In this document: piece after piece, positions 35,613 to 45,568 of the stretch | How positions within the stretch are numbered: position 1 is the first letter of the stretch | How the letters are laid out: each line of letters starts with the position of its first letter | Assembly: GCA_040900015.1 (NCBI GenBank) | Contig: JBBDZS010000022.1 | Span: forward strand, 1 to 51,809 | From: Minisyncoccota bacterium | GTDB taxonomy: Bacteria; Patescibacteriota; Minisyncoccia; Phycocordibacterales; UBA9973 | Length of the DNA stretch: 51,809 nucleotides | Direction: 5' to 3' | The notes under the pieces: model-generated | Databases searched by the model: none | Told to the model about the DNA's origin: nothing | The model's input: the letters and a program-made list of their open reading frames with translations, nothing else | Made by a program: the position numbers and the translations under genes

Positions 35613-36641
35613 CTAGACAGCTATATAAAGCCCGTTCTTGTTCTTTTTAAAGTATTTGGAGTTCACCAGATTGACCAAGACAGTATTCTTCTTGAAATAT
35701 CTTTCTTTCATAACTCGATCCACTACATCTTCTTTGGATAAAGGGCCCTCTTTTTTCAGTATCTCTCTGATAACATCGCGGGCAATACCTTCCTTGTATC
35801 CCCATTCTGCCAAAGCATACATACCTCGGCCTACGAGAATAAATCTAGAATCCTTAATAAGTTCATTGTGGCAAGTAGCATAATGCGTCTTTCTGCCGAA
35901 GGTCTTGGAAATAGAGTCTGCCACTTCTTTGAAGTGCATTGGTGACCCATGTCTGCGCATGACTAGAAATGCGTAATCCTTAACTCCACGAGTACGAATA
36001 TTTGGTGAGCTAGCCCTACCCCACTCCCCCAGCGGATTTTTAGAAATTGTCTTCGACATCGAGAGCCACCTGCGTGCTATTTCTTCGTTGCGATATCTCT
36101 CCGCAAGATCCTTGGTATGCTCTAGAAACATTTTTATCATTTCAGTTTCAGGAATCAAATCTTCATCCTTCAAGCCACCATAAAGCTTCTTTAGAGCGTC
36201 GTGGACCTTGAGCGCAACACCATCATCCACACTCCATCTTGGGTGAAAGTGATTATCTTCTCGATGTTTCTTGAAAGCATCTCCTAGGACCAATAGAAAA
36301 TGGACATGGTTCTGTGTACTTTTATCCTTGGAAACATGCGGCAGTAACTCATGTTCAGCCACTACTGAGCCCAATGAATGTACTAACGATTTTAATTCTT
36401 CAAAAAAAGCCTGCTCTGCTTTATAGGTGCTCGATTTTTTTATCATAGTGAGTGCAGCGTCCTCTACTTGCCTGACTCTTTCACGGGTTATACCGTATTT
36501 CTTACCGATTTCCTCGAGAGTCTTCATATCGCCGTCAGCATGAAGTCCAAAACGATTCATAATTACATCTTTCGCACGCTCACCGAGACCGGAAGTTATC
36601 CTTTTGGTGACCTGTTTTGGTTTGAAAGATATTGTTGCCAT
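35613..36641 (-). CDS. Sigma-70 region-4-like HTH fused to a HARE-HTH-like C-terminal domain
   Basis: N-terminal RFGLHADGDMKTLEEIGKKYGITRERVRQVEDAAL is a sigma region 4.2 signature. The C-terminal MHFKEVADSISK...RFILVGRGMYALAEWG resembles a HARE-HTH. No region 2 is present. Confidence 0.5.
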   Translation of the reverse strand: MATISFKPKQVTKRITSGLGERAKDVIMNRFGLHADGDMKTLEEIGKKYGITRERVRQVEDAALTMIKKSSTYKAEQAFFEELKSLVHSLGSVVAEHELLPHVSKDKSTQNHVHFLLVLGDAFKKHREDNHFHPRWSVDDGVALKVHDALKKLYGGLKDEDLIPETEMIKMFLEHTKDLAERYRNEEIARRWLSMSKTISKNPLGEWGRASSPNIRTRGVKDYAFLVMRRHGSPMHFKEVADSISKTFGRKTHYATCHNELIKDSRFILVGRGMYALAEWGYKEGIARDVIREILKKEGPLSKEDVVDRVMKERYFKKNTVLVNLVNSKYFKKNKNGLYIAV

Positions 36642-36717
36642 AATTTTTTAAAAAAGATTTTTCGATACTCTCTAACTATACTGGAAATCCTGTCAAAGTC
36701 AAACTAATGACAGAGAA

Positions 36718-38541
36718 TTACTTTCTATCTGTCCGAGTCGCCCGGATACGATCATTCTCGGTAAGGTATTTCTTGCGCAGACGCACTGATTTTGGGGTAA
36801 CTTCCAGATATTCATCAGCGTTCATGACTTCAAGACCTCGTTCGATGCTCAGAGTAAACACTGGATTAAGCGTGATGGCCTCGTCTGTTCCAGAGGCGCG
36901 CATATTCGTGAGCTGCTTGCCTTTAGTGGGATTCACAGACATCTCTTCGCCTTTTAGCACATTACCGATAACCATACCCTCATAAACCTCTGCCCCATGC
37001 TCGATATATAGTATACCACGTTCCTGTAAATTTGCAAGAGAAAAGGCCACGGCCTTACCAGCAACCATTGATATCATTGAACCATATTCCCGCTTCTTTA
37101 TCTCCCCTGCGTACTCCCGAAAACCGGTCACCCGAGAAGACATTATCCCTTCTCCTTTAGTATCTATAATAAATTCACCCCGATAGCCCAGGAGGCCGCG
37201 GGTAGGAATGTCGAACACAATGCGGGCAATGCCTTCCCTCTCGGCCATATCTTTCATTATTCCCCTTCTTTTGCCCATCTTCTCGATTACTGATCCTGAG
37301 GACTCGATAGGGACATCGATTACGAGTTCTTCATAAGGTTCGGTCTTCGCTCCATTCTCTTCTTTGATGATAACCTCTGGTTGAGAGACCTGCATCTCGA
37401 ATCCTTCGCGACGCATGTTCTCAAGAAGTATCGCAATATGTAGCTCGCCTCTTCCATAAACTTTAAAAAAGCTCGGACCTGCCTGCGCGGGCAGGCCGGA
37501 GGTTACATTGGGCGAAAAATCTACCTTTAGCCCCACATTTATCTCCAATTCTTTTTCTAAACGCTCTTTGATCTGTCTTGATGTCACGAACTTACCTTCT
37601 TTACCCGCAAATGGTGAATCATTGACGAGAAAGTGAAGCGACAATGTCGGCTCATCAATAGCAATGTGTGGGAGAGGTTCTATACTCTCATCTTCACACA
37701 ATGTTTCTCCTATATATATGTCTGGAATACCTGCGAGGAGCACAATATCACCCGCAGAAGCGCTTTCTACTTCTTGGCGAGCGATGCCTTTAAAAGAAAA
37801 TAGTTTAGTGATTTTACCCGTACGGGTGCCGTGTACACCTTTGACAAAAAGATTTGAGCCGGCAGATATTTGACCAGAATATATCCGAGCAACAGCCATG
37901 CGCCCCAAGAAATTGTCATAACCAAGGTTGAAAACTTGTGCGGACATTTTTTTGTCCTCACCCACCGAGGCTACTGGCACTTTTTCTAGTATTAACTCCA
38001 GAAGCGGAGAGAGATCAGTAGAGGCGTCGCCGAGATTTTTCATAGCGAGGCCCTGACGGCCAATTGCATAAATTGTTTCAAAATTCGCTTGCTCTTCACT
38101 AGCACCCAGTTCAAAAAACAACTCCAGCACTTCCTCGTGTACTCGGTGAGGGTCCGCGGCTGGCTTATCTATTTTATTTATGACCACGATGGGTTTGAGG
38201 CCAAGCTCGAGCGATTTTTTGAGTACAAACCGAGTTTGGGGCATCGGGCCTTCTACGGCGTCTACCAACAAGAGTACGGAGTCTATGGCTCGAAGCACCC
38301 TTTCTACCTCACTGCCGAAGTCAGCGTGGCCTGGTGTGTCAACGATGTTTATCTTGGTGTCCTTATATATAATGGAAGTGTTTTTGGAATAAATGGTGAT
38401 ACCCCGCTCGCGTTCGAGTTCATTTGAATCCATCGACAAGCCTTCATCCTGTAGTCCGCCATTCTGACGCATCAAAGCATCGGTAAGTGTTGTCTTACCG
38501 TGATCCACATGCGCTATTATTGCTATATTCCTGATTTCCAT
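36718..38541 (-). CDS. typA: Translational GTPase TypA/BipA
   Basis: IRNIAIIAHVDHGKTTL, DTPGHADF and NKID G-motifs. The length and domain order are those of BipA. Confidence 0.93.
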   Translation of the reverse strand: MEIRNIAIIAHVDHGKTTLTDALMRQNGGLQDEGLSMDSNELERERGITIYSKNTSIIYKDTKINIVDTPGHADFGSEVERVLRAIDSVLLLVDAVEGPMPQTRFVLKKSLELGLKPIVVINKIDKPAADPHRVHEEVLELFFELGASEEQANFETIYAIGRQGLAMKNLGDASTDLSPLLELILEKVPVASVGEDKKMSAQVFNLGYDNFLGRMAVARIYSGQISAGSNLFVKGVHGTRTGKITKLFSFKGIARQEVESASAGDIVLLAGIPDIYIGETLCEDESIEPLPHIAIDEPTLSLHFLVNDSPFAGKEGKFVTSRQIKERLEKELEINVGLKVDFSPNVTSGLPAQAGPSFFKVYGRGELHIAILLENMRREGFEMQVSQPEVIIKEENGAKTEPYEELVIDVPIESSGSVIEKMGKRRGIMKDMAEREGIARIVFDIPTRGLLGYRGEFIIDTKGEGIMSSRVTGFREYAGEIKKREYGSMISMVAGKAVAFSLANLQERGILYIEHGAEVYEGMVIGNVLKGEEMSVNPTKGKQLTNMRASGTDEAITLNPVFTLSIERGLEVMNADEYLEVTPKSVRLRKKYLTENDRIRATRTDRK

Positions 38542-38545
38542 AAAT

Positions 38546-38567
38546 AAAAAAGCCCTCGGGCTTTTTT
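38546..38567 (-). terminator. Intrinsic terminator after the GNAT gene and upstream of typA
   Basis: aaaaaagcc ctcg ggctttttt: a short GC stem extended by A6/T6 runs. Confidence 0.5.
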
Positions 38568-38598
38568 AAACAATAACACGAAAAAAAAGTTTAAGCAA

Positions 38599-39228
38599 TT
38601 AATCTTTTACCATGACCGCCCAGTTGTTATTAATGTCAGAAAAATCATCTATCAGTTTAAAACCCAAACTCAAAGCCAGAGCGCTACTTGCACTATTTTC
38701 AGTATTAATTCCGGCCCATAACCTCACATTTGGAACATTTTTTATATAAATATCCATACAAAAAGCAACAAATTTTTTAGTCAGACCCTTGCCTCGGAAA
38801 TTAGGGTAGCAGCGATATGAAATAGTGTGCCAATTTTCCTTGTTCATATCAGATTCATTCTCGCTCAATTCCGCATTTGAAAGATGTTTAAGTGATTTTC
38901 TGCCTATCGGCTTAGGACCAAACCAAACCAGTGCTGCTAGGGAATTTGAAGCAGTATGAACAAGTGCGAATGGGATTCTATTTTTTTTATACCAATCTTC
39001 ATACTTTCCCACTCCGAAACGCTTAAAATCAGAAGTATTTTTCTGAAGCTCTTCATCAGTTTCATCCAGAGATAGTTCTTTTAATTGTAAAATTAATTTT
39101 TCGTCCAACCCCGCAAAGACAGAAAACTTCTCACCGTCTTTACTTAATGCCTCTCCGATGTAAGTGGAGCTGAATATCGGCAGAGGAAATAGAAAACTTT
39201 TTAATTTAGGATCTGGATTAATTTCCAT
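38599..39228 (-). CDS. GNAT-family N-acetyltransferase
   Basis: Acetyl-CoA-binding-like block YPNFRGKGLTKKFV followed by NSASSALALSLGFKL. Confidence 0.6.
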   Translation of the reverse strand: MEINPDPKLKSFLFPLPIFSSTYIGEALSKDGEKFSVFAGLDEKLILQLKELSLDETDEELQKNTSDFKRFGVGKYEDWYKKNRIPFALVHTASNSLAALVWFGPKPIGRKSLKHLSNAELSENESDMNKENWHTISYRCYPNFRGKGLTKKFVAFCMDIYIKNVPNVRLWAGINTENSASSALALSLGFKLIDDFSDINNNWAVMVKD

Positions 39229-39251
39229 AAATAAAATTTAAAAATGAAATT

Positions 39252-40175
39252 TTATGAATTCTTACGCCTATCAAACCATTCCTGCATCCGCACTCTGTCT
39301 TTGTGAGCATATTTCTCATAACCCTCCCTGTCGGTCGTTTCCGGAATGTAAGAGTTGAATACTTTTAATTGTAATCCTTTTTCAGGATCAAAATATTGCG
39401 CAACCGGCAAGACCCTAACTCCCAGTTTTGAAGCAATTACATAACCACCGGTTTTAAAAGGTTCAAGATCATATGGCCCTAATCCGCTATACTTCCCGCT
39501 GGTGCCCCCTTCAGGATAATTCACGATGGCAATATTCGGCTTTGGTTTTAAGGCATTTCTTGTTTGTTCCAACAAAGCTTCGGTTCGATTTGTGTTCTGT
39601 GGGTTTGGGGGAGGAACATGTATAAAACCCGAAGCCCTGTGAATTTTTCCAAAAACGCCCGGAAAATCATCGGAAACATAAGAAAGATTATCTCCGATTT
39701 TTTCTGCTACGGGACTTAGTCCTGCAAAATACATCGGTGACGGATACATAAAGTCATAACCAGGTATATCTACACTTAATTCTTTTTTGGGATTAATACC
39801 TGCAAGTTTATAGATGCCAAGATGATTGGTCATAAGCAACACTGGACTTTCCTTGGGTATCTCCTTTAAAAATTCAGAGCCCTCTACAACTTCCGCTCTT
39901 AACAAAGAGGAGATTTCTTTCAAAAAGTTCTGAGTATGCGTATGTATCCAAGGTGGGTTTCCTATCTTAGTGATAACTTCCTTCATGTAATTTATCTGTA
40001 GAGATTTTATTTTATCAATGGTTTGGCGGGCCCATTCTGTCTGAGATACTTGTTGCCTTATTTTATTGGTTATGGCAATTTCTTTTGGATCATCTTGCCT
40101 GGGTTTTTTCTGAACTACAGCCTTAAGATATTCCTCATTCTCATCCTTATTTTGATTCATTGGGCCTTCTGTCAT
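39252..40175 (-). CDS. Putative lysophospholipid (PlsC-like) acyltransferase
   Basis: LLMTNHLG and VNYPEGGTSG resemble the NHxxxxD and FPEGTR blocks, but the Asp of block I is not evident. Confidence 0.4.
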   Translation of the reverse strand: MTEGPMNQNKDENEEYLKAVVQKKPRQDDPKEIAITNKIRQQVSQTEWARQTIDKIKSLQINYMKEVITKIGNPPWIHTHTQNFLKEISSLLRAEVVEGSEFLKEIPKESPVLLMTNHLGIYKLAGINPKKELSVDIPGYDFMYPSPMYFAGLSPVAEKIGDNLSYVSDDFPGVFGKIHRASGFIHVPPPNPQNTNRTEALLEQTRNALKPKPNIAIVNYPEGGTSGKYSGLGPYDLEPFKTGGYVIASKLGVRVLPVAQYFDPEKGLQLKVFNSYIPETTDREGYEKYAHKDRVRMQEWFDRRKNS

Positions 40176-40184
40176 AGATTTATT

Positions 40185-42032
40185 TTATTCCACAGTCACG
40201 CTCTTGGCAAGGTTGCGCGGTCTATCCACATCGAGCTTAAGAATGGTAGCCATATGATAAGCGAGTAATTGAAGCGGAATGGATATGACAAAAAGCGCAA
40301 GTAAGGGAGAAGTCTCCGGCACTTCGATAAAATAGTCCGCGAGCGACTTTACACTCTCATCTCCTTCGGTAATTATAGCAATAATAATTCCTTTACGGGC
40401 CTTTACCTCCATCATATTACTAATGACTTTCTCGTAATGAGGACTCTTGTTGGCAATAAACAACACTGGCATTTGGGCATCCACGAGGGCTATCGGTCCG
40501 TGCTTCATTTCCCCTGCCGGATAGCCCTCGGCGTGGATATAAGATATTTCTTTGAGCTTGAGCGCGCCTTCGAGCGCAAGCGGGTATCCGTAGCCCCGTC
40601 CCAGAAAAATAAAACTCTTTGCATCTTTAAGTTTCTTCACTATATCCAATACTTTATCGCTTAAAAGCAACGCTTGCTTGATTTTATCTGGAATACTACC
40701 TAGCTCGAATGTGATTTTTTTGATTTCTTCTTTGGAGAGAGTTTCTTTTTTTGAAGCAAGATGTAAGCAAATCAAAAGAAGTACGGTGATTTGCGCAGTA
40801 AAGGCTTTAGTAGAAGCCACCCCTATCTCCGGACCAGCATGAGTATACACTCCTGCATCGGTTTCCCTGGGAATCGAGGAACCAGCTACATTACAAATAC
40901 CGAAGACCGTCGCGCCCTTTTCTTTTATCAGCTTCACCGCAGCTAAAGTATCCGCGGTTTCCCCCGATTGAGAAATAGCAATGACTAAATCGTCTTTATT
41001 AATTACAGGGTTACGGTATCTAAACTCGGAAGCATGCTCCACTACTGTAGGTATATGCGCCAAATCTTCAAAAAAATATTTTGCGGTTAGTCCCGCATGA
41101 TAACTCGTGCCACAGGCGAGGATAACAATGCGACTAACAGAAGTAAGTTTGGCTTCACACCTCTCAATGCCACCTAACTTCACTATTCCATCAGAAAAAT
41201 TAACCCTGCCACGCATGCTGTCTAAGACTGAGCTCGGCTGTTCAAATATTTCTTTCAACATAAAGCTCGAAAATCCTCCTTTTTCAAGGACATCAATCTC
41301 CATTTCCAGGCTCTCGACATATGGATTCTTATTTTCGTTTTTAATTGTCTTTATTGAAAGCTCGCCATGTCTAATAGTGGCTACTTCGAGATCGTTTAGA
41401 TAAACAACCTGTTTGGTGTATTCCACTATCGGCGTCGCATCTGAGGCAACAAAATATTCTCCATCACCTACGCCAATGACAGCGGGCGAGCCGTTCTTAG
41501 CTATGACTATCGTATCCGGATCCTCCTTTGATAATACCGCAATCGCATACGCTCCCACCGCTTCATTCAAAGCCAGACGCACTGCCTCCTCAATCGGAAG
41601 ATTCCCGTGCTTTTTGATGTCTTCGATCAGATTTACCAGAACTTCCGTATCAGTATCGCTCTTAAATTTATATCCTTTACCTTTTAGTAATTTTTTTAAT
41701 GGAAGATAATTTTCGATAATGCCGTTATGCACAATCGAAATATTTCCGGAGTTTGAAAGATGGGGGTGAGAATTTATGTCGGATGGCTCGCCGTGAGTAG
41801 CCCAGCGAGTATGGGCGATGCCAGTAGTACTTCCAAGGATAGCTAGGTTTTGATTATGCACCAGCTTTACAAGCTCCTCTACTTTGCCCGTTTTCTTCAA
41901 TACTAGGATTCCATCCGGCTCCACAAGCGCCACCCCCGCGGAATCATACCCTCTGTATTCGAGACGCTCTAAGCCCTTGATTAAAATAGGCAAAGCTTCT
42001 TTTTTCCCTATGTATCCTACTATTCCACACAT
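40185..42032 (-). CDS. glmS: Glutamine--fructose-6-phosphate aminotransferase
   Basis: Begins MCGIVGY (Ntn catalytic Cys2), has two SIS domains, and ends ..AKSVTVE. The start is trimmed to the ATG at 42030-42032. Confidence 0.95.
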   Translation of the reverse strand: MCGIVGYIGKKEALPILIKGLERLEYRGYDSAGVALVEPDGILVLKKTGKVEELVKLVHNQNLAILGSTTGIAHTRWATHGEPSDINSHPHLSNSGNISIVHNGIIENYLPLKKLLKGKGYKFKSDTDTEVLVNLIEDIKKHGNLPIEEAVRLALNEAVGAYAIAVLSKEDPDTIVIAKNGSPAVIGVGDGEYFVASDATPIVEYTKQVVYLNDLEVATIRHGELSIKTIKNENKNPYVESLEMEIDVLEKGGFSSFMLKEIFEQPSSVLDSMRGRVNFSDGIVKLGGIERCEAKLTSVSRIVILACGTSYHAGLTAKYFFEDLAHIPTVVEHASEFRYRNPVINKDDLVIAISQSGETADTLAAVKLIKEKGATVFGICNVAGSSIPRETDAGVYTHAGPEIGVASTKAFTAQITVLLLICLHLASKKETLSKEEIKKITFELGSIPDKIKQALLLSDKVLDIVKKLKDAKSFIFLGRGYGYPLALEGALKLKEISYIHAEGYPAGEMKHGPIALVDAQMPVLFIANKSPHYEKVISNMMEVKARKGIIIAIITEGDESVKSLADYFIEVPETSPLLALFVISIPLQLLAYHMATILKLDVDRPRNLAKSVTVE

Positions 42033-42102
42033 TACCAAATGATACCAAAATATTTTTACTCAGGCTAATGTGAGCATTATTTTTTATCAAACTTGTATGC
42101 GG

Positions 42103-42185
42103 TGCGTCGGGAAGGATTCGAACCTTCGTAGCCCTAAGGCGACAGATTTACAGTCTGTTGTAATTGACCACTCTACCACCGACGC
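42103..42185 (-). tRNA. tRNA-Tyr (GTA), long variable arm
   Basis: Minus strand GCGTCGG..ACAGA CTGTAAA TCTGT..GAAGG TTCGAAT CCTTC CCGACGC A. There is a 7-bp acceptor stem and a T-loop. CCA is not fully encoded (ACCg). Confidence 0.9.
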
Positions 42186-42244
42186 GTGCGTATAAAATAC
42201 CACAAAATGATAGATTTTGCACGATATCAAAATATTAATAATTC

Positions 42245-44935
42245 CTAAGCTGTAGACCGCGGTCGTACCCTCATTCCACTTTTTATTTTGCCTCTCTCGT
42301 TTTGGATTACCAAATCTCCGCCTTTTAGAATTACTGAGACAGTGTCCCCCTTCTTAACATTGTTTCCGATAATATAAGCAGCTGCAGGATTTAAAATTTT
42401 GCTCTGGATAATTCGGTTTAATGGTCGCGCGCCGTAATGCGGATCGTAGCCTACGCTAGCTAGATGAGAAAGCGCTTCCTCGGATATCTTAAATTCAATC
42501 CCTTTGGCAAGAAGCCTATCCTTCACCACCTTAACGCGGATATTCACGATTTCTTTTATCGCTTCCGGCGAAAGAATATCGAAAACAACAATCTCATCTA
42601 GTCGATTGATAAACTCAGGGCGAAAATGATCCTTCAGTGATTCCAGTACTTTTTCCTTCATCCGACTATAATCCTGCAAGGCACCACTATTGGAGAAACC
42701 AATTGACTCCATCTTCTCAATGAATTGCGAGCCAATGTTCGAAGTCAAAATGATAATGGTATTCTTGAAGTTCACTATTCTGCCTTTACCGTCGGTCAGC
42801 CGGCCTTCGTCGATGACCTGAAGCAGCATATTAAACACTTCCGGATGCGCCTTTTCTATCTCATCGAAAAGTATGACAGCGTATGGTCGGTGACGCACCG
42901 ACTCGGTCAGTTGGCCAGACTCGTCGTAGCCTACATAGCCCGGTGGCGAGCCGATCAATTTGGAAACAGAATGCCTCTCCATATATTCGGACATATCTAC
43001 CCGGATAACTGCACGATCATCATTGAACATAAATTGTCCGAGAGCCTTAGTGAGTTCAGTCTTACCGACGCCAGTAGGGCCTAGAAATATAAACGAACCG
43101 ATAGGTCGGTTGGGATCGGAAATACCCGCGCGAGACCTGCGAATGACATCCGCCACTCTCTTTATGGCCTCATCCTGCCCGACGACACGCTTCTTGAGAT
43201 CGGCTTCCATCTTCTCCAGTTTCTCACGCTCTTCCTCGAGCATCTTGGTGAGCGGTATGCCTGTCCAGCGGGCCACAACCTCGGCGATATCTTCGGAAGT
43301 GATTTCTTCTTTGATGATTCTACGAGACTTCTGCAGTTTCTTTAGCCGAGCTAGTTTGACATCTAATTCTTTCTTGAGAGTAGGTATCTTGCCGTAGCGT
43401 ATCTCCGCAGCCTTGGCCAAATCCGCGCGCATTTCCGCATTTTCGGCCTCAAGGCGCAGAGTCTCAAGTTCTTTTTTGATACCCCTAATCTCCACCACAG
43501 TGGATTTCTCGTTCTGCCATTTTAGTTCGAGCTCTTTAGTTTTTTCGGTGAGGTTACCTATCTCCTTATCTATTTCTTTGAGACGGTTCTTATCTTCCTT
43601 ATTTTTTATTTTATCATCCCCGCCCAAAGAAACCTCTTTTTTAAGAGCAGCCTTCTCTATCTCCAGACGCATTATCTTAGCGTGCGCATCTTCAAGCACT
43701 TGTGGTTTATTTTCAAGCATTATTTTGAGCGACGACGAAGCTTCGTCTATCAAATCCACTGCCTTGTCGGGAAGAAAACGATTGGTGATGTATCTGGCGG
43801 ATAGATTGACCGCAGCTAAAATCGCATCATCGGTAATGCGCACGCCGTGAAAAAGCTCATACTTCTCCTTGAGTCCGCGCAAAATAGCTATCGCATCATC
43901 AACTCCCGGCTCGTCCACATACACCGGCTGAAAACGCCGGGCAAGCGCCGGATCCTTCTCTATATGTTTCTGATATTCTCGCAAGGTGGTCGCTCCGATT
44001 GCCCGAAGTTCACCACGAGCTAATGCGGGCTTCAACATATTGGAAGCATCCATCGTGCCTTCTGCACCTCCGGCGCCCACAATAGTGTGTATCTCGTCGA
44101 TAAAGAGAATTATCCTTCCGTCCGCGCGTTCTATTTCCTTCATAATACCTTTGAGTCTTTCTTCGAATTCCCCACGATACTTCGTGCCAGCAATGAGTGA
44201 ACCCAAGTCGAGCGACACTAATTCCTTGTCCTTAAGTGACTCTGGTACATTGTTCTTCATTATTCTCTGTGCCAAGCCTTCCACCACAGCAGTCTTACCT
44301 GTGCCCGCTTCGCCAATTAAAATCGGATTATTTTTGGTCCTTCTCGAAAGTATCTGCATAATACGCATTATCTCCATATCCCGACCTATTACTGGGTCTA
44401 GCTTGTCCTCCTTGGCAAGTTTGGTCAGATTGCGTGTGTACTTGAGTAGTAACTTGAATTTCTTCGGTTCGGAAACATCAGTAATGTTCTGACTGCGAAG
44501 CTCCTCGAGAACCTTAAGCACTTGCTCTTTGTGTATTCGAAAACGAGCCAGCGTCTCTCGAGACTCCCCGGCTACTTCCAGAATTGCAATAAAAAGATGT
44601 TCGGTCGATACAAAATCGTCCTTCATTGCTTCTGAGAGCTTGGCGGACTGCTCAATTACCTGCGCTAGATCGGGGTTGAGATAAATCTGATATGAAGGCG
44701 ACAGAGTGCTGTGGTTTTCTGGTAGCTCGATGAGCTCCAACACAGAGTCAGTCAGTAAAATCGTATCAATCTCCAACTTATCGAGTATCGAAGCAACCAT
44801 ACTTTCTTCTTGAAGGAGAAGTGCGGCAAGCAAATGTAAAGAAGAAACATGGTTGACACCGCGTTCGATAGCCAGCTCGTGGGCTTTTTTTATCGCATCC
44901 TTGGCTTTTGTTGTAAATTTGTTTAGTGGAGGCAT
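42245..44935 (-). CDS. clpB: ATP-dependent chaperone/disaggregase ClpB
   Basis: Clp N domain, two AAA+ modules (GEAGTGKT and GPTGVGKT), and a long coiled-coil M domain between them. 896 aa. Confidence 0.95.
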   Translation of the reverse strand: MPPLNKFTTKAKDAIKKAHELAIERGVNHVSSLHLLAALLLQEESMVASILDKLEIDTILLTDSVLELIELPENHSTLSPSYQIYLNPDLAQVIEQSAKLSEAMKDDFVSTEHLFIAILEVAGESRETLARFRIHKEQVLKVLEELRSQNITDVSEPKKFKLLLKYTRNLTKLAKEDKLDPVIGRDMEIMRIMQILSRRTKNNPILIGEAGTGKTAVVEGLAQRIMKNNVPESLKDKELVSLDLGSLIAGTKYRGEFEERLKGIMKEIERADGRIILFIDEIHTIVGAGGAEGTMDASNMLKPALARGELRAIGATTLREYQKHIEKDPALARRFQPVYVDEPGVDDAIAILRGLKEKYELFHGVRITDDAILAAVNLSARYITNRFLPDKAVDLIDEASSSLKIMLENKPQVLEDAHAKIMRLEIEKAALKKEVSLGGDDKIKNKEDKNRLKEIDKEIGNLTEKTKELELKWQNEKSTVVEIRGIKKELETLRLEAENAEMRADLAKAAEIRYGKIPTLKKELDVKLARLKKLQKSRRIIKEEITSEDIAEVVARWTGIPLTKMLEEEREKLEKMEADLKKRVVGQDEAIKRVADVIRRSRAGISDPNRPIGSFIFLGPTGVGKTELTKALGQFMFNDDRAVIRVDMSEYMERHSVSKLIGSPPGYVGYDESGQLTESVRHRPYAVILFDEIEKAHPEVFNMLLQVIDEGRLTDGKGRIVNFKNTIIILTSNIGSQFIEKMESIGFSNSGALQDYSRMKEKVLESLKDHFRPEFINRLDEIVVFDILSPEAIKEIVNIRVKVVKDRLLAKGIEFKISEEALSHLASVGYDPHYGARPLNRIIQSKILNPAAAYIIGNNVKKGDTVSVILKGGDLVIQNERGKIKSGMRVRPRSTA

Positions 44936-44944
44936 ATTTTAATT

Positions 44945-44972
44945 AATTTTCAATTTTCAATTTCTAATTTTC
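44945..44972. repeat. Four tandem heptamers AATTTTC/AATTTTC/AATTTCT/AATTTTC immediately upstream of clpB
   Basis: Read directly: 44945-44951, 44952-44958, 44959-44965 and 44966-44972. The block starts 10 nt upstream of the clpB ATG (44935). Confidence 0.85.
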
Positions 44973-44993
44973 GAACATATTCCAACACTAATC

Positions 44994-45518
44994 TTACGGA
45001 GTGACAGGAGCCGGAGCTTCTTTTTCTTCTACAGGTGGTTTAGAAGGTATCTCGGTCTTTATAAGCTCAATAATAGTGAAATCTTTTTCGGGAATTAACT
45101 TGAGCACCTTTTGCTCCCCGAGCACGGATTTGACCACATATATCTCTCCATCTTTCGGCGCCGGAACCGGAGATGCTATGACCACCTTATTGTCTCCCAA
45201 GAAAAGCCCGGTGCCCAAAATCTTGTCCGTCTTTTCCCCCCGAGAAAACAAACTCACAGTTAGCGGCTTGATGGCCTTTAGTTCTTCTAGTAGCTTCTTG
45301 TCTTCCGTCGATAGGGATGCCTGGACGCTGGCTTGGCTACTCTCCGGTGCCATTTGCTGCACAGTTTCGCGGATCACTCTATTAATAGGTACGGTGATCG
45401 ATGCGGGTGCCTGTTGCATCAATGTTACAGTGGTGATGCCAGTCGCAATAGAGGTCACAAAAGATAGCAGTATTGCTAGCAGTATCAGCTGGGATTTATT
45501 CAGGTCGTTCAGGTCCAT
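44994..45518 (-). CDS. Membrane-anchored hypothetical protein
   Basis: 174 aa with an N-terminal TM helix LILLAILLSFVTSIATGITTV. No recognisable catalytic motif. Confidence 0.55.
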   Translation of the reverse strand: MDLNDLNKSQLILLAILLSFVTSIATGITTVTLMQQAPASITVPINRVIRETVQQMAPESSQASVQASLSTEDKKLLEELKAIKPLTVSLFSRGEKTDKILGTGLFLGDNKVVIASPVPAPKDGEIYVVKSVLGEQKVLKLIPEKDFTIIELIKTEIPSKPPVEEKEAPAPVTP

Positions 45519-45568
45519 AGGTCAATTATACTCTGTATTTTTAGTTTTGCAAAACCGAAATCGAAAAC

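Noticed and set aside
42725-44492. Series of 119-168-aa plus-strand ORFs inside clpB
   Set aside because: They are Ser/Leu/Arg-rich antisense translations of a highly conserved AAA+ gene, which is typical of shadow ORFs.
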